Assembly: GCA_023213395.1 (NCBI GenBank)
Contig: CM041465.1
Location: forward strand, 123,573,741 to 123,637,740
Length of the DNA stretch: 64,000 bases
Direction: 5' to 3'
Source of the DNA: Cycas panzhihuaensis
Taxonomy: Eukaryota > Plantae > Cycadophyta
Shown here: one piece after another, positions 27,001-39,470 of the stretch
How positions within the stretch are numbered: position 1 is the stretch's first letter
How the letters are laid out: every line of letters starts with the position of its first letter
Notes under the pieces: model-generated
What the model saw: only the letters and a program-made list of their open reading frames with translations
What the model was told of the DNA's origin: nothing
The model's database searches: none
Position numbers and translations under genes: made by a program

Positions 27001-28308
27001 ATCCCTAAGAGGGCTGGGCCAAATACACTGATATGGTCATTATCCCCTTCAAGGTCTTATATCATAAAGGATTGCTATAAGGAAGAGATGATGGAGGAAG
27101 GTCTGGCCAAGGAGGACTTGTTGGATGGGGTATGGAAGCTTGGTTTAATCCCAAAGATAGTTTCATTCTAGTGGTTATGCCTACATAACAAGCTTCTAAC
27201 AATTGATAACCTTCAAAAATGGGGGTTTGTTATGGTGAACAGATGCAAGCTCTGTAAAGGGGATGCTGAGTCTCTGGACCACATCAGCATCCATTGCCCC
27301 TTCTCTAGACGCATCTGAGGTGGCTTCTAGTCCAAGTTATGGATATATTGGGTGGCTCTGAGGACCTTGCAGAATCAGTGGATGATGTGGAAAGCCCCCT
27401 TCAAAAGTGAAATGCTAAGAAGGCTATGGAAATTACTCCTACCGGTTAGGACTTGGAATATTTGGAAGGAGCACAACAGGAGAATCTTTCAAGGCAAGGA
27501 GATGAATGAACAAAGACTCTTTGATAAGATTCGGGGGGATACCTTAGAGATGTTAAAGCCCATGGATGAGGAGAGGTTATATAAGGTGGACGAAAGCATC
27601 TTGGAAGGTTGGGGTATTAGATGTCAGACTAGTAGGGGAGCGAAAAGAAGGACATGGCATTGGGTCTTACCTGGTGAGACCTGGGTAAAAATCAACTTCG
27701 ACGGGGCAGCCAAAGGTAATCCTGGGGAGGCAGGAGGGGGAGGCTTATGCAGGAACCATAATGGGATAGTAAGTTGGGCAGTTGTAGAATAATATGGTCA
27801 TCAGATGAACCACAAAGCTAAATTTAGGGCTATGCATAAGGTGATAGTGATGGCAGATGAGAATGAACAGGAGAAAGTGATAGTAGAAGGAGACTCCTTG
27901 AGTGTGATCAAGAGTCTAAAGGTGAGTTGGAGGTGGATTGGGGCAACCAGTACATGGTTAGGGATGCTCAGGATATCCTTCAATCCAAGAAGGACATTCA
28001 GATCCAACATACATATAGGGAAGGAAATGTTGTGGTGGACTAGCTTGCAAATTGGGTAGTGCTAAGTAAAAGAAATTGGGTGTGGAGGGAGAACTTCCCG
28101 GAGGAGCCACTGAGTCTAGTCAGAGAGGATTTGTCAGGCCACAATGAGGAGGCTTGTTAGGAGCAGGGGAGAGGCATATGTTTAGCTCAGCTAGGCCATG
28201 GGCTTGTCATGGCCATTTCTACTTATGCCAGTTGGCAGCTGATGTAAAAGGTTTGGGGACCTATTAAAACCCCTTCAATTTTTTTTACCATATCAAAAGA
28301 AAAAAAAG
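24025..28308 (+). mobile_element. L1-clade LINE, 5'-truncated (ORF2 only: EN-RT-zf-RNase H), degenerate
   Basis: EN motifs VDIVLL*EMK, NVYAP, GDFN, KLDRIL, SDHSP. RT motifs FRPISLCN, GLRQGDPLSPYLF, QFVDDNI, YLGMP. zf-RVT CKLCK...DHISIHC. RNase H KINFDGAAKGNPG and VEGDSL. A-rich tail and 15-bp TSD AAGAAGGTATTTATA (24010-24024 and 28309-28323). Confidence 0.96.
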
Positions 28309-29209
28309 AAGAAGGTATTTATATTGAAAATCAAGAGGACAAAAAGAGAAAAATCTCAAAACATATTGTAAAGTTAGATTTTTAGACCAATAGATATTAA
28401 TTATGCTATTTTAAAGATATTATTATAAATTCAACCTCAAACATCATGAGACTTGACCAATGGAAAATAGTAAAATTGTAAAAAGATGATAACTTTCTCA
28501 TATGGTATTCATTTTCAACCCATGACCACTCAATTCACAACTATTAGAAAAGTATACACAATAGTATAAGTGAAATTAATAATTACATTCAATATTAGTG
28601 CAAAAAATGTAAAAGATAATAAATTTAAGTGAAAAAACATAAAAAATATTCATGTTAACTAAAATAAATTACTCACATAGACATAGACTTATGTTTAACT
28701 CATAAGATAACTAACATAAAAGGAATCTTAACTTGTGTTTAACCTATATAAGTTAACTCAAGAAGTATAAGCTCATGTCAATATAAAATATACACTCAAA
28801 GGAGCCAGAAAAAATTAAAATAATAGAAAAGAATCATGTGTGTGAAATAATAGCAATCAAGAGAAATTACAATGGAAAAACTATCATAGTAGTTATTCTA
28901 AACAAAATGGAAACCTACAAAGTTGTACCTCCATAACAAAAAGGGTGTTCTAGAGAACAAATTTCATATCATTGTTAGTAAGGGGGGGTTATGATATGTA
29001 CAAATAAACTAATTAAATTCTTAATCATGATGTAATGTAAGATAAAATAACAAGCAAATATAGACAATCAAATACAACATTAGGTAAATGACAAGCAACT
29101 AGATGAAATCTAATGTATATCTAACTAATAAGAGTGAAATCATACATGATATTCTTAGATTTTGGGGAAGAGGCCCAAATTGTGGAAACACCTTCCATCT
29201 AGAGAATAG

Positions 29210-30144
29210 AAGTTTCTATCAGTTTATTTCCTAATGTAATAATAAGAAAAAATATCCGCAAATGAGAATTATAAAATATAGGATAAATTCTTTTTCCACA
29301 TTTTCATTCCTAACATAATGAAGAAAGTAAGATAGAGTATGTTATACAATGGTTTATGCTACAAAAAAAATAATAAGCCTATCCCATTATGTTAACTCTA
29401 TTTATAAAATTTTTCATCTTCATATTCATTTGCAAACTTACATCTAGGTAAAAAATAATAATACAACACAAACTTCAATTTTGCAGATCTTTATCATAAC
29501 ATTCATATGACTAAATAGACACATTTAGTATAAAATAAAGGTAGATTCTTTTTAACATAAATGAGAAATATAAACAATAAAATAAATACTATTTCCATAT
29601 CCACATCCTTAATAAAATGAGGAAGGAAAAATAGAGTATGCTAAATAAGTGTCCATAGTACAAAAAACAAAATAAAGTGTATCTCATAATCTAGACCAAT
29701 CCCACTACATTAACTTTGTTTATAAGAATTTTTTAGATTTATATCCATTTACAAGCTAAAAATTAATAACACAACTTGAACCTTAATTTCACAGATCTCC
29801 ATCATGATGGTCATATGATAAAATAGATGTACTTAACACAAAATTAAAGGTCCCCTATTAAAGAATATGTAATCTAATCACCTTTCATCAGAAAATGTCC
29901 CTTTGAGTTATACAAATTCTAAACGAGACCCCAAGTGAACTTTACATACGTATCCCTATAATCTATATCCATTATATCAAAGACATATCCATACATATGT
30001 AGTCCAAGTCCAACCTCCCATCTAAAGAACATAGGCTTCTATCATTTATTTCTTAATGTCAAAATGCGGAAAAACACCCATCTTACTTTTGGTAGATGCT
30101 TTTTAAAATAAAGGAGAATGGTAAAATTTTGAGTAGACACTATT
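29210..30144. repeat. Degenerate ~300-bp tandem repeat, continuing at 59785-60150
   Basis: The blocks TTTCCA(C/T)AT, ATAGAGTATG, CAGATCT, TAAAGGT, CCCAAGTGAACTT and TTCTATCA recur on both sides of the 30145-59784 insertion. Confidence 0.65.
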
Positions 30145-31539
30145 TGTTGAAATATGGATATTAAATTTATTACATTGATCAATATTAAAAGTTGGTGAGT
30201 ACAAATTTATACTTGATTTATCACTAACTTCTCCAACTATAATTGACAATCACTTTACCTATTAATGAAGTGTTACACATGATGATGTGATTAAACACTC
30301 TTAATAACTTAATATTGGACCTCTAATATTAACATTAATACTAACCTATAAACTATGATATAATAGCTCTTAAGGACCCTGAGATATAACATTTACTTAG
30401 ACACATTAAATATTTATACTCATTAAATATTAACTCTTAACAACACCCCCCCCCCCCCCCTTAATGTTTAATATCAAGACAATAAAAGGTTGAATAGTAA
30501 AGATATCCTTACACTAAGGACTAACAAAAAAATTGATACATGACTTGACATGAGGTGTTGTTTTTGAATTTGCAACATTTGAATCTGGGTATCTTTCTGA
30601 AGACAATGTTAGAAGCTCAATCTTTGTCTTTAGTTGATTATGGAATGCAGTAATGCTTTTAATTCTTATGCATCATCTTCATTGGATCACCTATTCCATT
30701 ATCTCTTATTCTTTGCTTAGCAACTGCAACTGTATCTAAGAGATCATACTCCAAATATGACCCTTTTTGACAATCATGAACTATAAGATCAAGATATGAC
30801 TTGGGCTTCAACCTTTTCTTGAAAAAGAAAAAGAGTTTCTCCTTGATCATTTTCAAACCAATAAGTATCATTGGCTTTGTTGAATTTTCAAAAGTAAGAC
30901 AATAAGCAATATCTTGAAGGAAAAGGATGGATGATGATTTCTCTATAAGTATCGATACTAGTCTAGGTTCATCAAAATTTTTGGCTAGTTAATTCATCTC
31001 TCTCACCATCCAATGAAGCTTTTGAAATGATAAGCACTGAGAGAATTTCTATCACAGTCATAAGTACAAGCTTCCCAATTACTATTATGGTCACATAAAG
31101 GCAACATACCACCATAACAATATTTAACTGCATGATTAAATAACTTATCAAAATCATATAATAATTTATGTAAATATATTTTGTTACAAGATCCTGACCA
31201 AGTAGCATTCTAATTTTTTCCAAAGTATCCTTCCTTTCTTCGAAAGAATTTTCTAATACCTTTGCTGGATATATCAACACAACTTGAACTCCTTCAATGA
31301 TAAGAATAGAAAATGCTTCCATATTGAATGAGACCATAAAGAATTCTATGTATAAACATACAACTGCATGACTTGATATCAATTGGTATTTAGCAATAAT
31401 TCTATCAACAAAAATTATGGTAATACTACCCAAATTTTCCATTAAGGTAGTTGTGTCTCCATATTGTATCACCTGTGAAGAAGGATATTTGAAACCAACT
31501 TCAAATTTTTCATGATTATAAGTTCTTTCAAAATTAACC

Positions 31540-32294
31540 TATGTCTTCTCAACAACCTGTAATACAAAATTCTCTGGCAAAATGCTACAGTTCAAGATAT
31601 TAAAAGGAAATATAAGTGAGGTTATTTTGATAAGTCTCTTCTCCCTCTTCAGTTTTCCATTTCCTTCTTCTTTTTTAGATTCTAAGCAAAGATTTAGAGC
31701 CAAATCATTAAACTCGTTTGTTAATTTAGTAGAATCATTAATAAGTTCATCTGTAAGAATGTGCAATAAGGATTCTTAAAATGCCTTGTCACAATCATCA
31801 TTATATTCACTTATTTCTTCATCAACAGAGGACCTATTCTTAGAAATAGGTTCTCATACCTTTTCTTCTTCCTTATAATAGAAAACATTAAATGAATCTA
31901 TATGATATTCACTCTTACTAAAATCAGCTTTATTACTTGCATTCGTATATTTAGCTTTCCTTTGCAACTTCTTTTTCTGATTCTTTGTAGGTTATTGCAT
32001 GTAGCCTATATTTCTTCACCTTCGTTCACTTGTTGTTGATTTGTCATCTTTTGATCAAATTTCTCTTTTATGAAATTCCACGCTTTATATGCCCTGCAAG
32101 TAATATTTTGAGTGAGATAAAGAAGATCATAAAACTTTATGCAATCTTTGTCTATGGCTATGAAGGAAACCCATTGAAATGTTGATATATCTTTATGTTC
32201 TAGCTCTGGTGATGAACTAATGTATCCTTCTGAATAAATCTCACATAACCTAAAAGAGATAAACTAAGACTTCATATTTTTTTACCATTCTAGA
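31540..32294 (-). pseudogene. Gag N-terminal relic plus acidic tail of the outer element (its start lies at ~38412-38430, beyond the nested Copia)
   Basis: Removing the nested Copia restores DNYLEW*KNMKS*FISFRLCEIYSEGY...AYKAWNFIKEKFDQ, followed by acidic sequence (SVDEEISEYNDDCD). Confidence 0.6.
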
Positions 32295-35200
32295 TGTTTG
32301 AGGATATGAAATCATACAGGTATGTTTCCATCTGTAGAATCTTTAACCATACACAATAAGCAAATAAAAATACACATAGAATATAGATGTACATTACATA
32401 GGATTTATGTGGGAAAACCCTTTCAGAAAAAAAAAAAACCCCTCAAAAAAGATCCTTTTGGATCACATTAGTTATTTCATCATTGATTTGATACATCAAA
32501 TACACAAGGGATCAAGGCTTTTATATTATTCTAAGAGGTGTTAGCCGATTAGGGTTGTAACGCTATGAATATCTCACACCTTTTCACTTAATCACCTTAC
32601 TTAAACCACATTAACATTAACTTAGTGGCTTAACAAACAACTACCATATTAACATTCCCCCTTAATGTAAATGTGGGGAGCCTACAAACTGCAATAGTTA
32701 TGTTATCACGAAGGCCAAGACTATCTTGCAGCTTCTTTATCCTTGTCAATGCATCCCTCCTCAAGGATAACATTGGTGAGTCCTAATCCAGTACGCATCT
32801 TCGTGAATTGATCTTTAGTAAGTGGCTTGGTAAACACATCCACAAACTAAAATTCACTCAGATAGTAGTTGACTTGAAGCTTCCCTGACTTGATTTGTTC
32901 ATAGATGTAGTGGTGTTGAATCTCAATATGCTTTGTACACACATGAAACTTTGGATTCTTTCATAAGCAAATGGTACTCTGATTATCAACAAAGATAACT
33001 GGATGTTTATTAGAAACTCAAGAAACTCCAAGAGACCTTGCAACCATATAGATTCCTTTGTATCAACATTGAGTCTTTAATATTCTACCTCTGTAGAAGG
33101 CAACACCATTATCTATTACTTCTTCGACTACTACAAAATAAATCCATTGCCAACACCAAATATATATCCAGCTGTGGACTTTCGATCGTCAGAATCTCCT
33201 TCTAATTAGTATCTGTGTAGTCATATAACCTTGTCTCCTCACCTCAACAATATATAAGACCAAGATTAATTATCCCCTTCAAGTACTTCAGAATTCATTT
33301 CATTGAAACCAAATGAGGCTATGAGGATTCTATATGTAGCAAGAAACCAATCCAACAGCGTAGGTGATATTTGATCTAGTATTAATCAAGTAAATTAGAT
33401 TCCCTACCAACTAGAAATATTTCATTCCATCTGCAGAGGGTTTTTCCATATCATTCTTTAACCTTGCGCCTTTTACATATGGTATTGTAACATATTTATA
33501 ATTCTACATCCCAAACTTCTCCAATAGATTCTTCACATACTATGATTACAACAATACAATCTTATCATCCATCTGCCTGATTTGAATGCCCAAGAAATAG
33601 TGAAGTCTCTCGAGATCTGTCATATCAAAAGAAGCTCCTAGATTAGACTTGACTTTAGAAATAGTCTTTTCATAGTTACCACTGATGCTTAAATCATCCA
33701 CATACACCACACAAGAAACTATTAAAGTCCCTCTCCTTTTCATATATAGGTTCAGGTTGAGTTCAGAAGTTTCAAAACCTTCAACTTTTAACTTGGCATC
33801 CATCTTCTCATACCAAGCACGAGGTGCTTGTTTCAGGCCATAGATTGATTTCTTTAACTAGAAAATAAGATGCTCTTAGTCTTCCTTGATGAATCCTAGA
33901 GGCTGCAACATATATATCTCCTCCTTTAGATCTCCATTAAGGAATGCAGACTTAACGTCTATCTAGTCTAACTCCCAACCATAAGTAGTTGTTAAGGAAA
34001 TGATCAATCAAACTATTATCATTCTAGAAATTGGTGCAAATTTCTCATCATAATCAATTCTTTCTTTTTGTTTGAATCCTAGAGCGATAAGTCTAGCTTT
34101 ATACTTATCCACCTCTCCATCAAAGTGAAACTTTATCTTATAGACCCACTTGCATCCAATAAGGTTCTTCATCAAGGGAAGCAAAACCAAATCCCATATA
34201 TCATTCTTCATCAACGAACCCTACTCTTCCTCTATTGTAGCTCTCTAACGTGGATCTCCTTTTGTCTCATCAAACAAATTAGGATCAATAGAGTTGCTAG
34301 TGTCTACTAGCAGAGTTTAACTGTGCTGACTTCTTGTTCTTCTATCATCAATCAAGGTTTGCATCACCACACCAGAATCTTCAATAGTCTTCCTTGCCCA
34401 TAAAGGTATAGAATGACCCATTGTTGGAGGTACTTCTTCTCATGGTGGCTCCTCACTATTACTCATCCCCCTTGGTCCTTCTTCCGCATGAATTCCAACA
34501 ACTAGCTCATCATCCTCTTCGCCTAATGAATCTGGAAATGGGAGTGGGGAGTAAAAAGGCTCTTCTAATGATCCATTAGTATGATATATTGATAACTCAT
34601 TAAATTTTACATCCTAACTAATCACAACCTTCTTCCCATATGGATCCCATAATCTATAAGCTTTATTCTAATCACAATACCCTATGAATATACACTTTAG
34701 ATTCTTCTGATCCAACTTCTTACGAGTATCATCTGGGATGTGCGTGTATCAAATACACCCAAAGGTTCTCAAATGGCTAATGGTAAGCTTCTGACTGGTC
34801 TATTTCTCTTTGGGGGTCATGCTACGAACTGCTTGAGTGGGTACTTGGTTTAAAATATACATAATAGTCACCACAAAATCTGCCCAAAACATCGGTAGTA
34901 GGTTTTTAGCATGTACCATATACCTTGCCATCTCTATCATGGTATAGTTCTTTCATCTAACAACTCTATTTTGTTATGGTATATATGAGACCATAAATTT
35001 CCACTTTATACCATGATCATGGCAGAACTGATTAAATACATGATTATCATATTCCTTGCCATTATCACTTCTTAATAACTTAATCTTCTTATCGCATTTA
35101 TTTTCCACCATCACTTTCGAGTCACAGAAGTGATCAAATATATTAGACTTATTTTTGATAAAGTAAACCCGAGCCTTCCTAGTGTAACCATCTACAAACA

Positions 35201-38200
35201 CAAGGGTGTAACAAGCTCTTAATATCGAAGGGTTTGGAAGAGGACCTATTATATCTAAATATACAAGCTCCAACTTATCCTTGGCTCTCTAGGAATTCTC
35301 CCAAGTAAAAGGATAGTAGTGATACTTGCCATACATACACCCTTCACACACACCATTTGAGTAGGAAACTAATGGCACTCCCTCTGCCATCTTCAACCTC
35401 TTTAGTAGTGCGATGATCATATAATTAAGGTATCCAAGGTGATTATGCTAAAGTTTACTCGCATCATCAACACTGGTGACAAGGGCATAAAACCTCTTCT
35501 GAGATTAAAATTTCTCAAACACCCAGAAGTTATCCCTAACATTTCTAGTAGCAATGATAGAAAAGTCCTACTTGGAATCCTTAATCAGGCATCTATCATT
35601 GTAAAGCTCTACCTTCATACCTTGTTTGCAGATTTTATAGGCTGAAAGAAGGTTCAACTACATCTTGGGTACATAGTATACCCTGGTAAACTTGCCACCT
35701 ATAATGGATACATCATCAATACTTTCCATCAGTAATACATCAGTATATCTAAGGATAATTTCTACACTAGTATGGTTTTTGTTCATCATATCAATGTTGT
35801 ACTTCTAGTAAGAGATATGCTTCTATGCTCTAGAGTCAAGCACCCAATAATCTCTCCAATCTAACTTGATTGATAAGGTTTTTACTCTAATGTAATGAGC
35901 AGTAACACTCTTTCCTTTATCATCTTAGATAACTTTGCACTTGTCACATCACTTGAACCAACAATTCTTCTCTTAGTGACCATCCTTCTTACAGTAATTA
36001 CATTTTCCATTGAACTTCTTCTTCTTCTGTGAACTTTCTCCTAACCTCTATGTGATCTTATCCTCCTTAGCAACATCTTTCCTCTGAGTCTTCATGGCTA
36101 GGGCCTAACTTGATTTAGAACCTTCAAGCATACCATGATGTTTAAGCTTGGCATCCTCTATTAGAATTAGATTTTTAAGCCCATCAAAAGTCTCTGCCTC
36201 CATCACTTTATCTCTACCATATATGGTCTGGAAAGTGGCAAAAGCAACTAGTAATTTTGAAATGATTATCACAAATAACAACACATTATCAATTGAATTC
36301 TACTTCAGTTCTTCCAGCTTATTGTTCAAGTCTATGATCTTGTTTAGGTAGGAGTTAATGTTGTTCTCATATTCCACACCTAAATTGAGTAAATCCAACA
36401 TTAAGGCAAGATGTTTATTCATCTTCTTTTTTTCAAAGGTATCACACAATTTTAATTAAATTTCATTTAGTTCATCTTGATTACAAACCAAGGCTCTTAG
36501 GTTAGGTGCCAGTGACAGTTTCAATAGTTCCATAGCCATAATTTTTTTCTCTTCGCGTCAAACTTGCTCTTTATGGTCTAATGGGATCACGTCCACCTTA
36601 ACCTTAGTGATACCCCATAATTAATTCACCATCAAAATAAGCTCTATATTGGCTTTCCACTTGCTAAAATTATTACCATTAAAGATAACCTTGGCATAAT
36701 ATGCTCCATCTCAAGAAATAAGCTTCAACATGAGTCAAATGACACCAAATGATAGTCTAATAAATCTTCTTGGATAAAAAATATACCATTGTGGTCTCAT
36801 TCAGCTCAGGGGCACACTCTGGGGGACACCAAACACTAATTATGCATGCGTTAAGTGGGTCACTGATTGTTTTCCCCTTATAAATAGCCACAAATACCCT
36901 CAAAAGTCTTAAAAAATAATAGTGGATGACTTCACGCAGTAATAATGCATGATCTCCTAGTCAAAACCATAAAAAATCTCCTCAATCTATGCTTAAAACA
37001 GCTCAACAATACTCTAAATAACCTCACAACAGGTAAATGTATCAAATATCAATGGTCTAAGGGCCTTTTATAAAGTTTAATTAGAAAGAGAATATGCCAA
37101 AAGGTATATTCTCAAAAGTGGCAACTTTTCAACATTTCTTGTTCGTCTACCACTTAACCTATGTGGGGAAAATCTCAAAACATTTTATCAATGTATTTAC
37201 TAAGTCTAAAACTTAGTAAAAGTACATCAAAAATAGATTTTCAAAGTCACACAGTGTGATTCTACGAGGTGAAACTATCGCAACTTATATTTAGCATGCA
37301 CACTCATAAACAAATGGGCAGATACCAAAACAGGATGAAGATCATTTGTATGGATGGTAAATTAGTCTATACACTGCCTAGCCACTTCAATAAGTGCCCA
37401 ACCAACATTAATACAGTTGTTTGAAGCTTACTTCATGCATACGATTGGTAATTCAAGTCTCCAAATTCACACAATTGTACTAAAACTTTAATGGAACATC
37501 CTTTATTGTTAAAAATAATAAATTCTACTGATGTACATACATTATATCACTCATATATGGACAGAAAAACACCAATATAGGCTCCAATCATGTCCATAGG
37601 TGTTAAAGAGAGATTTGATAGTAAACAATAGCAAAGAACATGCTTATTTCATTGAATTTTAGAGTGTTTTTATGAGAAATGTGACAAACTTACGTATTTA
37701 CATGTATGGCTACCTCATCACTACTGAGTCACCATAAAAATGAGTTTTATTGGCTTGAATTACAGTTTTAATTCATCATCTGGCTTCAGATGGCCCCCAA
37801 CAAGCCAACTTATACCATGAATGTGGTCTTCATGTATGATTATTAACTTTAATAGACCCTTATTCTTCATTGATTAGTGATTTTTACTACTTCAACCACC
37901 ACTGATCTGTTGTGCCTACTTCCACACATTACTGAAGTTGATGGACCCTCAAGACAAATCTTGGGTTTGATGGCTTCACCCAGCAACCGACAATCTCACT
38001 GCTCTGCTCAACGTCAGACTTCAGCTGTGTAGGACCCTACAGCTCTAATACCATGTTCGGGGACATGAAATCATATAGGTATGTTTCTATCCACAGAATC
38101 TTTAACCATATACAGTAAGCAAACAAAAATACACATAGAATATAGATGCACAATACAGAGGATTTATGTGGAAAAACTCTTTCAAAAAAGAAAAACCCAC

Positions 38201-38411
38201 CATAAAAGATCCTTCTAGTTCACATTGATTATTTCATAATTGATTTGATACATTGAATACACAAGAGGTCAAGGATTTTATATTCTTCTAAGAGGTGTTA
38301 CCCAATTAGGGTTGTAACCCTTTAAATATCTCATACCTTTTCACTTAATCACCTTAGTTAAATCACATTAATATTAACTTAATGGCTTAACAAACAATTA
38401 CCACGTTAACA
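32295..38411 (-). mobile_element. Full-length degenerate Ty1/Copia; LTRs 32295-32654 and 38054-38411
   Basis: Paired ~360-bp TGTT...AACA LTRs, PBS GCTCTAATACCA at 38042-38053, PPT TTCCCCCTTAA. The TSD is decayed (CTAGA/TTGAA). Confidence 0.94.
32750..36731 (-). pseudogene. Copia gag-PR-INT-RT-RH polyprotein, disrupted
   Basis: Gag IFNGNNFSKWKANI, zinc knuckle CNYCKKDGH, PR WVLDSRA, INT ELVYLDIIGP and LLRSDNGKEY, RT IGCKWVYKIK...KYKARL and VYVDDL, RH VDVFTKPL. Confidence 0.93.
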
Positions 38412-39212
38412 TTGAATAATTGTCTTCTATTAACAAAAAATGAATATAACCCATTTTGATAACATCAACCTTATGATTTTTCAACAACTTTCACACACTA
38501 TTGAGTGCACTCACTACCATGCAATTTTCTAGTCTTCCACACAAGCATAAACACTAGGAAACTTTCCTTAATGGTCTTTAATTCCTTTTAGTCTCATATG
38601 GCATTTTAACATACATATATAAAACTGCAAAAATTAACTATGTCATTCAAAGACATAAGTTCTTATCAATGGAGGGGACCTGAAAGAGTTCACCAATCAA
38701 TGCATATGGATTCTCTCTATTTCACTTCCACGTCTTTTCCTTTCTGAATACCTCCAAGGAGAAAAAGCAAGGTGAATCATTTATTGTTTAAATTCAGAAC
38801 TAGAATCAATCATCCCAAAATTGTGTACGACATTTGTTTGGCCTATAGAAGTTTAATATTTAGTGCCATTGATGACACAAACTAATGTATTTCCATTTTC
38901 AAATATGGCCAATCTCTAATATATAATGTGGTTGGTAGATAATTAAATTAAATCGATAGCAACCATGATATATTGATGGATGACAATATAAATCAAAGAT
39001 GATGGAGCTTATCAAAAAATACCTTTGTGTGGAAATCTTCACCCTGGTATGTCAAATATCAATGGACTCAAGGTAGCTAATAGGTCAAACTAGTTACAGA
39101 TTGTACAACAAGGGGCAACGTATGTAGATATGGACCACAACATTACAAGCGCAATATATCTTCACAAATCTTTACAGGTACATAACACCATTGGTGAATC
39201 TCATTAGAACAA

Positions 39213-39470
39213 ATATCAATAGTTGTGTTAAACTGCTCAAAATCTTCTTTGAAGTCACTCTCATTAATAGTTGATGGTAAGCCACCCATAAATATCTTCT
39301 TTAAAATAGTCTAAATCACTAATTAACACCCACTACTGCTACTTCGAGTAATATTTTGTTGCTCTTCTTTAGGGACAACTTTTGTAGCTTGCACCAATCG
39401 CCCATCAATGGCGTGTTTTTCCTGAACAACTCTGTTTGCAATTGCTAGATTAGAAAAAAATCACAAACCC
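39213..39470 (-). pseudogene. Captured host gene fragment: tandem RRM (hnRNP A/B, Musashi-like plant RNA-binding protein), end of RRM1 to start of RRM2
   Basis: GFVIFS/NLAIANRVVQEKHAIDGRLVQATKVVPKEEQQNITRSSSS...KKIFMGGLPSTINESDFKEDFEQF resembles the family pattern GFV.F.D....RV..EKH.IDGR.VEAKKAVP...KKIFVGGLP. It has one frameshift and two stops. Confidence 0.85.

Noticed and set aside
24224-28059. Separate genes or a retron/DGR-like RT system
   Set aside because: The ORFs are collinear fragments of one L1 ORF2, bounded by an A-rich tail and a TSD.
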